From Podarcis pityusensis (Eukaryota), in the NCBI GenBank assembly GCA_964106645.2, contig OZ067044.1: a DNA stretch of 64,000 nt; one strand, given 5' to 3'. This document shows positions 12,662-24,984 of this stretch, in pieces; the first letter of the stretch is position 1; each line of letters begins with the position of its first letter. The notes under the pieces were generated by a model that saw only the letters and a list, made by a program, of their open reading frames with translations, was not told where the DNA came from and searched no databases. The translations under genes were made by a program, and so were the position numbers.

Positions 12662-12914
12662 CAGGGGTCAGCAAACTTTTTCAGCAGGGGGCCGGTCCAC
12701 TGTCCCTCAGACCTTGTGGGGGGCCGGACTATATTTTTTTTGGGGGGGGAGTGAACGAATTCCTATGCCCCACAAATAACCCAGAGATGCATTTTAAATA
12801 AAAGCACACATTCTACTCATGTAAAAACACACTGACTCCCGGACCGTCTGCGGGCTGGATTTAGAAGGCAATTGGGCCGGATCCGGCCCCCAGGCCTTAG
12901 TTTGCCTACCCATC
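12662..12914. mobile_element. hAT-type MITE
   Basis: caggggtcagcaaac ... gtttgcctacccatc with perfect 8-bp TSD gtctagag. Confidence 0.9.
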
Positions 12915-13068
12915 GTCTAGAGTAAAGTGAGCACAGGATCAGAGCCAGAAGACAAAGGCCAGAATTTTTGGGTATGTCTAAAGGGGAGCCCAGCTCAAAA
13001 GCTGCCTATGAATCTCATACAACAAAACCAGGAAAGGGTATAATAGACAACAGGAACCAATTAATATA

Positions 13069-13347
13069 CAGTGGTACCTCAGGTTAAGTAGTTAATTCGT
13101 TCTGGAGGTCTGTTCTTAACCTGAAACTGTTCTTAACCTGAGACACCACTTTAGCTAATGAGGCCTCTCGCTGCTGCCGCCGCACTACCGCTGCACGATT
13201 TCTCATCCTGTTCTCATCCTGAAGCAAAGTTCTTAACCCGAGGTACTATTTCTGTGTTAGCGGAGTCTGTAACCTGAAGCGTAACCTGAAGCGTCTGTAA
13301 CCTGAAGCGTATGTGACCGGAAGCGTATGTAACCTGAGGTACCACTA
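13069..13347 (-). mobile_element. Tc1/mariner-type MITE, copy 3 (inverted, with expanded subterminal repeats)
   Basis: Reverse complement of 4729-4965, TA flanks, extra gtaacctgaagc units. Confidence 0.9.
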
Positions 13348-14689
13348 TACTAAGTGAGCAAGCAAACTGAAACAAAGCATTGAACAATAAAACGGGATCA
13401 CTGTGTATAAGACAAGACATTACAAATAGAGAACAAAGCAGTTTTCTAATAAATATGTAATGAGATTTCTATTCTGTTCTAGTCTGTTCTATTCTATTCT
13501 ATTGATTGGAGTGCTGGCGAAACAATTTTGCTCCTTGTTGTAACTGGTCCCAAAACATAAACTCTGGCAATGCTATTTTTTAATGGCCAATTCACAGATT
13601 TTTGTAGCTGCATCATCTACAGTAATGAAAAACTGATGGAAAGGGTTTTTTGGTTTTTTTGTTAGCATCCACATGTACCATTCTTCTTATTTTTTAAATG
13701 ATGTTTTATAGTGGCCCTCTCTCCATCTCAAGCTGCCCAGAGGACCTTTAACGACAGACATTAACAATGTGACAAAGGCTTGAAAGGATATCCTTAATAT
13801 TCAGTGACACAACAAAATTATAACCCTGACCTTTCAACTGAAATTAAAGGAGAGAGCATCTTGGGCAAACATATACTCTGTCAAGTAGGCCATTCCCCAT
13901 GGGTGAAGAGAGCACATTATTTTCTTAGCTTAGGGAGAAGAAGTAGAATTAAAAAATTGCTTGTTCTTGTCACGATAAACCTTTTAATGCCTTTAATGAA
14001 AGTTCTTCACTCCCCCTTCATGAAGTATTTGCAATTTATGGGCAAATTAATGCTTCATTTCTGATACCCTTACAATCAGGTTTAATTGGGGCAATTCCTC
14101 CAGCGAATTGAAATATGACATTCTTCTTCATTCCTTGTGTTGAATGTTCAATGGAAAGCAGGGCTGAAATGTCAAAGTAAAATAATGCCAATAATTATTC
14201 AGAATGTTACATTATCCTTGACCTTGGAATTTAAAAGGCAGGGATGAAGGCTTTTTGTCAAAATTCAGGAAGTCATCTAGAGACTCTACTGACATTTATG
14301 ATTAATGGGATTGGGCAACGTGAAGGAGAAGAGAGATATGGTACCATTACATTCCTGTATGTGATGGAAATCCATTGCTGGAGCTCATTAAAATATTTAT
14401 ACTTACCAATCGTGGCACATCACTTGTAATCTGGATGCCTTTGGAAAAATAAAAAGCATCCTACAATATATGATAGTCACAGCACAAGAATATAATTATG
14501 TCAAGGGAATGGTGGAATAAGAGGTCTCCTGGCCATGTAATACATTTTAACAAATAAGACACATACATTGGCCTTAACATTTTTACAATAATACAATATT
14601 TTAGAGGAAGAAAGGGATTCTAAAGCATGTGGTGGAAGGGGGACTCAGATAAGCTCTTGATCAGTAGTGAATAGACTTAAGATCTCTCA

Positions 14690-15182
14690 GACATTGCTTC
14701 TGAGGGCCAGATATGCAGGACTGGAGGGCCACTCCCCCCCCCCCCGCACTAAACTAAACATAGCCCACTGGGCCTGCATTATGGCAGAGGTGGGGAGCTG
14801 TTTGCAGCACACAAGCCACACTGTCTCATGAGCAACTTTTGTGTGTGTGTGTCTGTGTGTCTGTGTGTCTCTGTGTGTGTTACGCTACCTGCCAGGAGTG
14901 GGCAGGGCCAAAGGCAAAAGTGGGTGGAGCAATGGGTGTTTGATTCTCACCTTTGAAAGACAGGCTGCATTCCAGCCAAGCAAAAGACACGAGGTTCCTA
15001 CATACCAGGCAAGCAAGAGGCATCATCAGAGGTCAAGGACACATTCTAGCTGTGCAGAAATACTTGAGGACGGAGTAGAACAGTGCTGGTGAGGGGGCAT
15101 GCCCCGGGGAGAGTCCTGAGGTCCAGATAGAAAGGCTGGAAGGGCTGCTTTTGGTTCTTCGTTCTGAGCTGTCCCGCTCCTG
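14690..15182. mobile_element. Probable hAT-type non-autonomous element containing an imperfect (GT)n
   Basis: Subterminal gagggcca/gagggc motifs at both ends and a cctg terminus. TSD not found. Confidence 0.45.
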
Positions 15183-16380
15183 CATTAGGCTTTGCCAGGC
15201 ACTTGACAACACGTCTATTTTACAGCCTATGAAGGAGGCAGGAAATAAAGGAGGGGAGAAAGGAGAGGAGTGCCTGAGCCCCTGGTGAGCTGCTTTTAGC
15301 TTGATGGGTCATCCGTTGTGCTGGCTTGCAAAAGTCTCTAATGAATATTTTGGAACTTTCACAGTCTGCTTAACTACTTTATGGATTATTTTAATGACTT
15401 GGGGAATCAAGAAGTTATTTAAATTTATCAGGAGTTTTGTGCTAACAAGTGTGAAGGTTAATATGCTGGAGAAATTTCAGGACGACGTTCAAAAATCCCA
15501 ACACTGTGGTATATGCTGCTGGCTGGCAAAGGTTGCTCCAATGCACCTGTCGTATGTAATAGAGCCTTTGCTGTAGAACTGGAATAGTACAGTGGTCAAG
15601 GGGCCCAAGTTTTGCAACTTAATGTTAAATATTTATATTGAATATATTTAGCCCCAATGAAATCAATAGGATTTGCTTCCAAAGTGCAGAGAACAGAATT
15701 GTACAAATCCCATGAAGCCTCGCAGAAGCCGTTGGTTTCAGCCTAGCCTCCCTTAGAGTTTAGGAAATGGGATAATATTGTGGTGCTGAGCTCCTTGGAG
15801 ATAGGCAGCTGATCAGCACCATACATTTAAAACATATTCAACACACATTTAAAGGACATGGCTTCCCCCCATTTGGCTTCTGAACAGAGACTTCCACCTA
15901 ACCTCCTCTAACAGGGTGCCCAGAAATTGCATTTGCTTTGGGTTGGGGTGATGCAACCCCTAGGTGGACTAGGATTCCACCTGTGTGTGCATCCAGCCTT
16001 TAAGACTTAGCAGGCTATTCCACCGTCCAATGCAGCTAGCTAGGCGAGGACCCAATGGCTTTGTCCCCCAGGGATTTTTGGGGGGAGCCCATGATGGGCT
16101 GCAACTACCACCCTCCCCTGAGCAGGGTAAGCGGCCATTATCACCATGTAGCATGTGGGATGGCCCAAGTAGTTCTTCTGCACTGGAACAATCTATGACC
16201 TCTCAAAGTTGCTTATTTGAGTAGCAAAGCCTACTGGATGTCTAATATAAAAGTCCAGGTAGCAACTTGGTCCTCCTAAGAATATGTATTGAGCTGCCCA
16301 AAGCATTCTGTCTCTAATGAGGCTTCGGCATCCCAGCAGGTGTGTGCAGCAAGAAAGAAAAGTAACTTCCAGCAAACGGA

Positions 16381-16383
<3 letters not shown>

Positions 16384-16415
<32 letters not shown>
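16384..16415. repeat. (CA)16 microsatellite
   Basis: Read directly from the sequence. Confidence 0.95.
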
Positions 16416-16420
<5 letters not shown>

Positions 16421-16868
16421 TTCTATATAAACTTGGAGAGGTTACATTAGTTTATTTGGGTGTTTGAAAATCTAACTCCAATAGGCTTCCCCATCTTTAA
16501 TTTTTATTTTACCGTGCTTTCTCATTTTATCCTGCACCTCCCACCTTCCCTACAATATCATGTAGTATCGTTGTGAAGGAGGAGAGGGTTTCATTTTTGC
16601 AAGAGCTGGGTAAGACCAGTCAAAATGACATGGGGCCTTGAGCTTCTCTTTTGCAATGCAAATACGAGAAGAACACCAGTTCCATCAACACTGCAGCTTG
16701 CGATGATTATTTTCTCTGTAAATGAGACAAAATAATAATTACTCTTCGGGATTGGTTTTCTCTAGAGGTCTTGCTCATGAGGATATCTGTCTGCTTCTGG
16801 GCAGTGTGTTTTTGAAACCTGTTATCCTTAACAATTCTTGGAAGAATTCCAGCTTCATTCTGCTAGGT

Positions 16869-17091
16869 CAGGCATGTCCAAAATCTATTCCAGTGGCCTA
16901 ATCTGGCCTGCCGGTCAGTTTAATCTGGCCCCTGCAGCAGTTTATTTCGTGGGGTAAAATCCTAAAAAAAAACTCAACAACTTCAACTTCTTACAAAAAG
17001 GTTAATAACTTTGTTCGGTCCTCTGGTCAGCCCTCATGGCCCTTCACCTCATCGAATCTGGCCCTCTTTGAAAAAGGTTTGGACACCACTG
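16869..17091. mobile_element. hAT-type MITE
   Basis: caggcatgtccaaa ... tttggacaccactg with perfect 8-bp TSD tgctaggt. Confidence 0.9.
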
Positions 17092-17214
17092 TGCTAGGTC
17101 ATCAGTGGCCTTGGAGCAGCAGGGCTCATGGTGGAGGGAGAGGTAATTATATTTTGCTACAGATCTCCATCATTAGTTGTCTGGCCCTATAATAACGGAT
17201 TAAAGTAGTTTGAA

Positions 17215-17401
17215 GGGCTATAGCTTAGTAGTAGAACATCTGCTTTGCATGCAGAACATCCCTAGTTCAGTCCTCGACATCGCCAGGTAGCGCTGAGAGA
17301 GAAGGTATCTAGATAGGGCTGGGTCTGAAACCCTGGAGAACCACTGCCAGTCAGAGTAGACAATTCTCAACTAGATGGACCAATGGTCTGAGTCAGTATA
17401 A
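17215..17401 (+). mobile_element. tRNA-derived (Squam3-like) SINE
   Basis: tRNA-like head gggctatagcttagtagtagaacatctgctttgcatgcagaa...agttcagtcc, and body gaaaccctggagaaccactgccagtcag...gatggaccaatggtctga. Confidence 0.8.
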
Positions 17402-17499
17402 GTCTCCTTGCTATCTCCTTCCTCACACAGCTGCTCTTTATTAGCTGGACTCTGAAAAAGCAATGTCAAGCAAAACCAGGGTTGCATTCACACCCTACC

Positions 17500-17645
17500 T
17501 TCAGAGCACATGGCATTCTTCCCCACAAAGAATTGTGGGAACAGTAGTTTCTCCTCACAGACCTACAATTCTCAGCACTCTTAACAAACTACAACCCCCA
17601 GTATTCTTGGGGTGGCGTAGACCATGTGCTTTCAATGTATGGTGC
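17500..17645. mobile_element. Degenerate palindromic MITE
   Basis: Inverted organisation acatgg...gggaacagtagttt / aaactacaaccccc...ccatgt. Confidence 0.5.
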
Positions 17646-20489
17646 AGCTTTGACTAGACTAACCAAGCCATATTTTTGGTAGATGGTCAGTTTCCTATTT
17701 GCCCACAGAACTGTGTTTGTTTCCTATGCAACTGGGTTCCGCAAGTCTGCCTGGGTGTCTTCTACTTGGAAAGCTGAAGCAGAGATCTGCCCGCCTAAGG
17801 TTTGTCTTCCTGCTGTTCAGAGCCATTTCTTAGTTGCAGGAGTTCAGCAGAACTTACTGCTCAGAAGCTTCCAGTTAATGGTGACCTGATATGGCAACAG
17901 AATTCCAGCAACCTTTTCTGGCTCCTCAGCAACAGAAAACATATTTAACTCTTGAGCTGCCCAAAGTATGCTCTTATCTTTCTCTCTTACCCTATATAAT
18001 TAAGCGGTTCCTCCTCCTCCTCCTCAGGATTATTGCCGCAAACTGATGGGTTATTTGGAAGAGCTGGCAACCACAGGAAGGGACAGAATACTGGCAACAG
18101 ATAAAACAAAAGGATACACACAGAAAGCTATTTAATTAAAAACTCCTCAAGGGGGTATGAAGTGCCAGCAGAGATTTTAGATACCCTGCTGAGCCTCTGT
18201 CTGATTAGCTCCAACACATCTGCTTGGTTTCCTAGTGTCCATCTGTACCATTAGGGAGAAATTTATTCTGACCCTATTCAGTTCCCTACATGATGACTCC
18301 ACAACGGCAGTTTCAGATTAAACCAGAGGTTGTACACGCTGACAAGAGTGTTTGCATGTAGCCTTAGCTGGGTTGATGAAGCACTCGATGCCAGTGTGCA
18401 CACGCACACAAAAATTATGCAGAATGTATGTGTAACCTCACCAACATCAGAAAGGGAAGTGAATTCTCACAAAGAAAATCAGGTACATAATTATTTTTCT
18501 GACAGCTTCTGCCACATCTGTCCATAAAGAGCAAGGTGGTCTGCAAAATAGAGGGACCAATTTACAATCTGGCAAGACTTTTCTATCGATCTTGTTGGCT
18601 TTTATTCTTGTTCTGGATAGTAAAAAGGCTAAGTTTTGGAGTTTTGTGTGTGCACACAGAGGCATGGGTGAAAAGGGCTGTTATTGTATGCAAGTACCTG
18701 TCAGGTGTCATAGAATATATTACTAACTGACTTTCATGAAGCTCGCAAGGTGGACAAGCACACTCCTTTTCCAGTTGCTCAAATGGATTAAAACCAATTC
18801 CAAAACTCAGATAAAGCACTGCTCCAATCATACTTATCCTTGGATTAAGAACTGGACACTTGTGTGATTAAATTATGGACATTAAGAAATCTGTAGAAAT
18901 GTAAGGCTTTTTAAAAACCCCTATTCAAGTGAGAAAATGTCACACAACTGGCCTGAAATGTCTCTCTGCACTCAGCTCCTCTGTTTATACTGCTAAAAGC
19001 TAGGAATCTGTTTGCAAAAATAGAGAATGAGATTGGAATTGTGGCGATACCCTCTCAAGGGTAAAGGACCAAGAGTGAGAAAGTACACTGCCCATCTTGT
19101 AGCCTGCAGAATGCACCCAGAAGTATGAAACTGATAAGAGGGGAAGGAAAGCACTTGAAATGTTGTGAAACTAGGTCACCCCAAGAACCACAGCTTTCAG
19201 AGACCAGTACAGAATGACATGAGCAAATTATGAGGACTTCCCTAATTCTTTGAGATGCCATTAAGAAGCCAACACACACTCTAAAACTGTAGCACTGCAC
19301 TGTTTTTGGCCCATGAGGATTTCTTAAAAGCAGCCTGGTGGTTTGGCTTTTCAAGAAGATGAAGTAAAAGCCATCTTTGTTGTGCTGTAAAGGTACATGT
19401 AATTGCAGGGAAGTGAACTGAGTGTGTAGAGGTCTGTGGTGAATGAGAACAGTCTCCAACTGAGACATTCGAATGGCAATATCCATGAAAAAGCACTTAG
19501 GAGAAACATGAGCAACAAATTGTTTTTTTATGTCTCTTGCCCCCCCCCCCCCCGGCCGCCCCAAGTAGTATTTCTTAGAAGTTTGCAGGGGAAGTCTCAG
19601 GTGTCTTGATTCATTGGGAGATAGCACTTCTGTTGCCTACAGGCAGATAAATTTATCAGAGCCAGGGACCAGGTTTGCCTTAGAGAAATGGAATGTGTGA
19701 AGTTCTCACCAATTTCTACTTTGACAGCTATGAACATGTCCACATTTTTACCTATAAGGAAGCAGAACGGTTGATGTGAGACTTTGAACCATAGCAGTGT
19801 TGGTGGTGATGATGAACAACTTGTATAAGCAGAACTGCTTCCTTTTTAAAATTAGCTTCACAGCTGATTATTTATGTGCTAATGCTCATTCTTTCCAAGT
19901 AAACAATGCAAGATGTTTTTATAGGCTAAATGGATGCCCCAATACAGTCACTTCCTCACAGATGGTTTGATTCTTTTCCAGGACCTTTAAAAGATATGCC
20001 TAGGAATCAAAATACCTAGCCTTTTTACATTCATAGAACAATGGATTCAGCACTGACTTCTGTAATGTTTACAAAACCTCTAATGCTCATGCTAGATAAC
20101 ATATTGTTTGATGTGCTAAATTTCTCGCGCCAAGGCCACTTGAAATTGCTAAAAATATTTGTGTTTGTAATAGGTTCTGAGAATCGGGAACTGTTCTAGG
20201 CTGCTTGATGACATATGTAGTGTAAACTTGAAAGCTTGTGTATTCCCTTTGCTATAAAAATAAATTGCTCAGTTAAGTGTAGGTAGATATATATTTGAAA
20301 CATTCACACTCTCTCAGAAAAAATAGAGCCACAAGTTTCCATACAAAAGTAGGTGATTCAAAAGCTACAATCCATAAATGTAATGTGAAGCAAACAATAT
20401 GAAGTTCAGCTATCTTTTGTTTGGACAGTGGTCTCATAGATTTGCAGTAGCATTGTAAATGCTGTCCTCTTTCCCAGCCTACCCCAACC

Positions 20490-20612
20490 CTAACTTCCCA
20501 GAGGTTTTTAAACTACAACCCCCACCATCCTCAACTATCATGGCCAATGGTCAGAGATTATGGGGTTTGTGGTCCAACAACATATGGGACCCAAGTCTGG
20601 AGAATGCAGCTC
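20490..20612. mobile_element. Diverged hAT MITE of the 2984-3118 family
   Basis: actacaaccccc accatcc ... gattatggggtttgtggtcc palindromic core. Confidence 0.55.
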
Positions 20613-22535
20613 TATACACTAGCTTAATTCAAGTAGAAAATGCAATAGAGTCTCAGCATTAAAAAGCCATGAATTGTTGAACTGTAATTAAAATCTGTTG
20701 GTTACATGTATGCTTACTAAGAAGCAAGTCCCACTGTGTTCAGTGGAGCTAATTCTGAGGTGTGCGTAGGATTGCAGTCTTAATATTCCAGAGTCCCTAT
20801 TTCTTCTGCCTGAAACAGATCTAATGCTTTGGGGTTTGCTATTGTTTTAAGGATGCAGTAACCTTATTTATCTATAAAGCATATCTTGTGCATAGAAGAT
20901 ACACGAGGCTGCTTCTTATATTTTGAATGCAACACAATTTTCAATGTCGTGTCTGGGTACACTGTCATGGTTTAAAGTGTATATCCCTTGCACTGACGTG
21001 CCAGATTAGCAAGTGTGCACACAGCAGAAGGGTGCATACTAAAGTGTGCAGGCTGTTTTGCCAGTGATTTGAATGAACGAGGCAGCTCTTTGTCAGTCTA
21101 AGCAACGGGTGCCTCCAAACGCAGCATAACATTCTCAGATAGTAGCAGTGGCTGCTGCAGCCCTCCTCAAGCCTCTGTCCTATTTCTTCCTCTTCCTGTG
21201 TGCATTGCCCATCACATTTATATGATGCTTAACATACATACATATAGGTGTTGCTCTGACATTATTCATTCCACTCTGCTTACTACCACCTGCCTTTTGT
21301 AGTTTCTAAGTGGAAGAGGTTGCGCAGTTCTCGGAACTCACATTCTCTCACGCTTTGAGATCTCACAGATAGCAGAGGGGAATGAGACCTTTGAACAGCC
21401 TTTCTGGGAAGCACAAGCCTAGAAGACATTGAAGGCTGTACACACAGTGGTCAGAATCCTGCTGTCTAAAGACATTGCTTCAGGTTCTGATCCACATCAG
21501 GCCAGCAGGGAACTCTTACACAGCCAAAGTCAGGAAATCTCTGGCAGTTGTGGCAAAAGCTCCAAGCCTGAGCGGCTTACTAAAAATAATCTGAGAGAAG
21601 CACGGCAGAAGCTTGGAAACTGCCTAAGCATACCTCAGTGCTTGGGGCAAGTAATTAGGATTGCATATTGGAGTCCATATTGGCTTCCATCAAGAAGAAA
21701 CTAGTATGCATGTGTCCATCAAATCTCATTAAACCCCCAACTCTTCTGAACAAAACCAGCCAGCTATCGAGCTCTAAATTTGGTGCTCACTAAGCACCAG
21801 TTTACACCCGCAGTGCCACTGTCATCTTTTCTATGCCACCCTCTTAATAGCTGTCACAGCCTGGGCTATGCAGTTAAGGAGGGGTGTGTGGGGAAGGCAA
21901 CCTACGCAAACGGCTGAAGCCTTTGCTTATATATTCCTCCCAAATAGCTCAAGAAAGCCAGCCTTGCAGGAATTCCCTTTTGCTGTTGATACAGTTCATT
22001 TCAGAGACCAGAGAGGTTCACCTAAGGCCTGTGGAGTTTGTGCTAGCTGAAAAGCTAATGGATACATTTTAACTGCTGGTGCCAAGCCTTGTGAATACTA
22101 ATGAAGTAACAGCAATTATGAGGCAGTTCCCCCAGTCAAGGCAAACATCACAAAAAAGACTTTACAAATCTTTTTTGTAAAGTAATTGCAAATCTTTTTT
22201 TGCAATTAAGGCCATTTTCTTCCCCCTTCAGAAAGCATGGCCCAGGGAAGAATGTGCTGTTGGATGCCTGGGACCTGGTGCCAGTCACTTTTTCTGCGAA
22301 GCCTTTATGCTACCCCTCTAGTGCCCATATCCTACTGTAACTAAGCCTAAATACACAGAAAACCACCCGTTGTTTTCTTTTAAGCTGTTTTCATTTCTGC
22401 TCCTTGCATCTGCCATTTTCCTTAGCCAGCCATTGAGGACCCATCTTCTCGGTCTTTGTAAAGCTCTGTTTACATGGATAGTGATGTAACAATGATAACA
22501 TTTAGGGTTGTTGTCCCTGGTCCATTTACTGGAGG

Positions 22536-22665
22536 AGTGGGGAATCTGTCCATATATTATTGGAACTTCAGCTCCCATCTGCCCTGGCTAGTGTGGCTGA
22601 TGCAAGGAATGATGGGAGTTGTAGTGTGGCCACACCTGGAATGCCACAGGTTCCCGTCTATCCTT
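22536..22665. mobile_element. Diverged hAT MITE of the 2984-3118 family
   Basis: cagctcccatc ... gatgggagttgtagt core, with gggaatctgt / acaggttccc ends. Confidence 0.6.
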
Positions 22666-22781
22666 CGGCACCTCACATTTCTGCACACGAGCTTCTCAAC
22701 ACCACAAATTCATTTTCTACAGAGATGTTTGCTGCGAGTATAGCCATGCTAAAATTGTGAGACCAGGATACAGCAACAATA

Positions 22782-23131
22782 AAAAGGGTAAAGGGGACCC
22801 CTGACTGTTAGGTCCAGTCATGGCCAACTCTGGGGTTGTGGCGCTCATCTCGCTTTATTGGCCGAGGGAGCCGGTGTACAGCTTCTGGGTCATGTAGCTA
22901 GCAGGACTAAGCCACTTCTGGCGAACCAGAGCAGCGCATGGAAATGCCGTTTACCTTCCCGCTGGACTTACCTTCTACTTGCACTTTGATGTGCTTTTGA
23001 ACTGCTAGGTTGGCAGGAGCAGGGACCGAGCAAAGGGAGCTCACCCTGTCGTGGGGATTTGAACCGCCGACCTTCTGATCGGCAAGTCCTAGGCTCTGTG
23101 GTTTAACCCACAGCGCCACCCGCGTCCTGCC
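22782..23131 (-). mobile_element. Sauria SINE, full length
   Basis: Reverse complement of the 5468 element, with 12-bp TSD acagcaacaata (22770-22781 and 23132-23143). Confidence 0.93.
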
Positions 23132-24257
23132 ACAGCAACAATAGGAGCAACAAAAAACCCTGGCAGAAACAGTACCTTTTGTTAAGCTCTGTTCGTGATG
23201 CTTCGGGGCCTGTAGTTCCTTTTTTCAGTTTGGACTAAATTCAGCTGTGGGTATTTGCCACTTGAAATAATGTTAATACACAGTAACTGAATGCAAAACT
23301 ATTACTGAGTAGCACCAGGGTAAGAGAGATGGGCAGAAAAAAATCACACTGTGATTGTACTATAGAATACTGCATTTGCCAGCATAAGCAGTGAGTTGGT
23401 CTTTGTGACACCTTGAATTTACATACATTATGACAAGGTTTTTTTATTAAAAAACCAAACATACAGGCTATTAGCTGGTTTTTATAGACATCACATATTA
23501 GGAAACATCCTGTGTGTGGGCAGACCATGCTGTTCTCCCACATGTATTCAGAGGCACTGGAAATCTTTTTAAGTTGTCAGCCCTGTACACAGGGTACGAG
23601 GAATTCTATTTTCACTCATTCCACGGTGAGAGATTAGCAGCTTGAAATCACTTTGACAGTTTGTTACTCTATTGCATACTGCAGGGAATTTTAATTCCAA
23701 CCTGTGAAATTGTAATTGCTTCTCAAAAAGAACAGAGGGATTCTGGGTAATGGCTGCAACCAAGCTCAGTATCAGAGTTGCCAGTTGCTGCCACTTTAGA
23801 TATTACTTGCTGTTACTCAAAAATCACTCCAGCTTTCCATATGGGGAGCTGAACTGGGGAGTGAGACTAAATTAACAGGAACTGTCAGATGTTCAGAAAT
23901 CTGCAGGCAGGAATGTGACAGAGGTGGCGGAGTTCTCAGAAGGTACCATTTTCTCTCCCACACATATACACACACCCTAAGCATTGTGTTATTTTTTTTT
24001 TCTACCAAGGGGTGATTGTTTGTAGTCAGCTTGTGAAAGATATTTGCATGCTTCCTAGACGTGGCAGGTAGTTTGGGCTGCAATTTATAGATAGACACAA
24101 ATCACTGGGTAAAGTGAGCATTGAGTCCCCAAGTCCTAGACCAGCTTCCCTTTTCTTATCTTTTGGCTACGGCATCGTGTAGTTTGCCCCAATGCCGGTC
24201 TTGGCTACTTTCTCCTGGGCCAGGTTGCTATTGTGGGACCTTGCCTACCTGTGTTGA

Positions 24258-24320
24258 AGAATCATAGAATCGTAGAGTTGGCAGAGACCCAAGGGTCATC
24301 TAGTCCAGCCCCCTTCAATG
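24258..24320 (-). mobile_element. CR1-type 3' end fragment
   Basis: agaatcatagaatcgtagagttgg...ggtcatctagtcca is the reverse complement of the CR1 3' terminus. Confidence 0.75.
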
Positions 24321-24855
24321 AAAGAAAGACCCATGTACTGGAGGAACTTGCACTAGATCTTTAGCTCAGGGTCACCACAGGGCAAACTGAACATACATTA
24401 TAGTTATATCAGGCGGAATCAACAGACAAAAGACCAAGGCTTAGAGTAAAAGAATATACAATTTATTACAGGAAAGGATGCATTGCTTCTCACAGAACCA
24501 GAAGGCTGACTACTCAGGAAAAGTTCCAAGGGGGCTTCCAACACAGTTCTTCCAAGGGAGATGCTCGTAAATTGTCTTGAGTGCCAAGCCCATGGGGTTG
24601 CCTGGGCGTTCTGTGGTAGAGAAGTGAAGGCCAGTGGAGTCCTACGGGTGAAGTAGGAGCAAAAGGCTGTGCATTGCCTGATGATCCTGACTAAAACAGA
24701 TAATAAAAGGGGGCAGGAGGGTATGAAGGGCAGCTAAGCTGACCAAAGGTTGGAGCCATCTGACCTAGGATAGTTGCCTCCAAAATGGAACACTGAGGCT
24801 TAAGAAAGAGATCTCTTAAAGGGTCAGTTACCTAGGGAAGGAACCAAAGGAAAGG

Positions 24856-24984
24856 AGCAAACTTGGGTATCCAGCTATTTTTTGGACTACAACTCCCATC
24901 ATCCCTAGCTAGCAGGACCAATAGTCAAGGATGATGGGAATTGTAGTCCCAAAACTGCTGGAGACCCAAGTTTGGAAAACCCTG
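24856..24984. mobile_element. hAT MITE of the 2984-3118 family (left end degraded)
   Basis: ggactacaactcccatcatccctagcta...gatgatgggaattgtagtccc core, ending cctg followed by gtctagag. Confidence 0.8.

Noticed and set aside
17215-17290. tRNA-like sequence
   Set aside because: It is the degenerate head of a SINE and continues into SINE body sequence, so it is not a tRNA gene.
19055-19627. 190-aa ORF on the minus strand
   Set aside because: No recognisable domain or splice structure and it runs through a poly-C tract, so it is consistent with a chance ORF.
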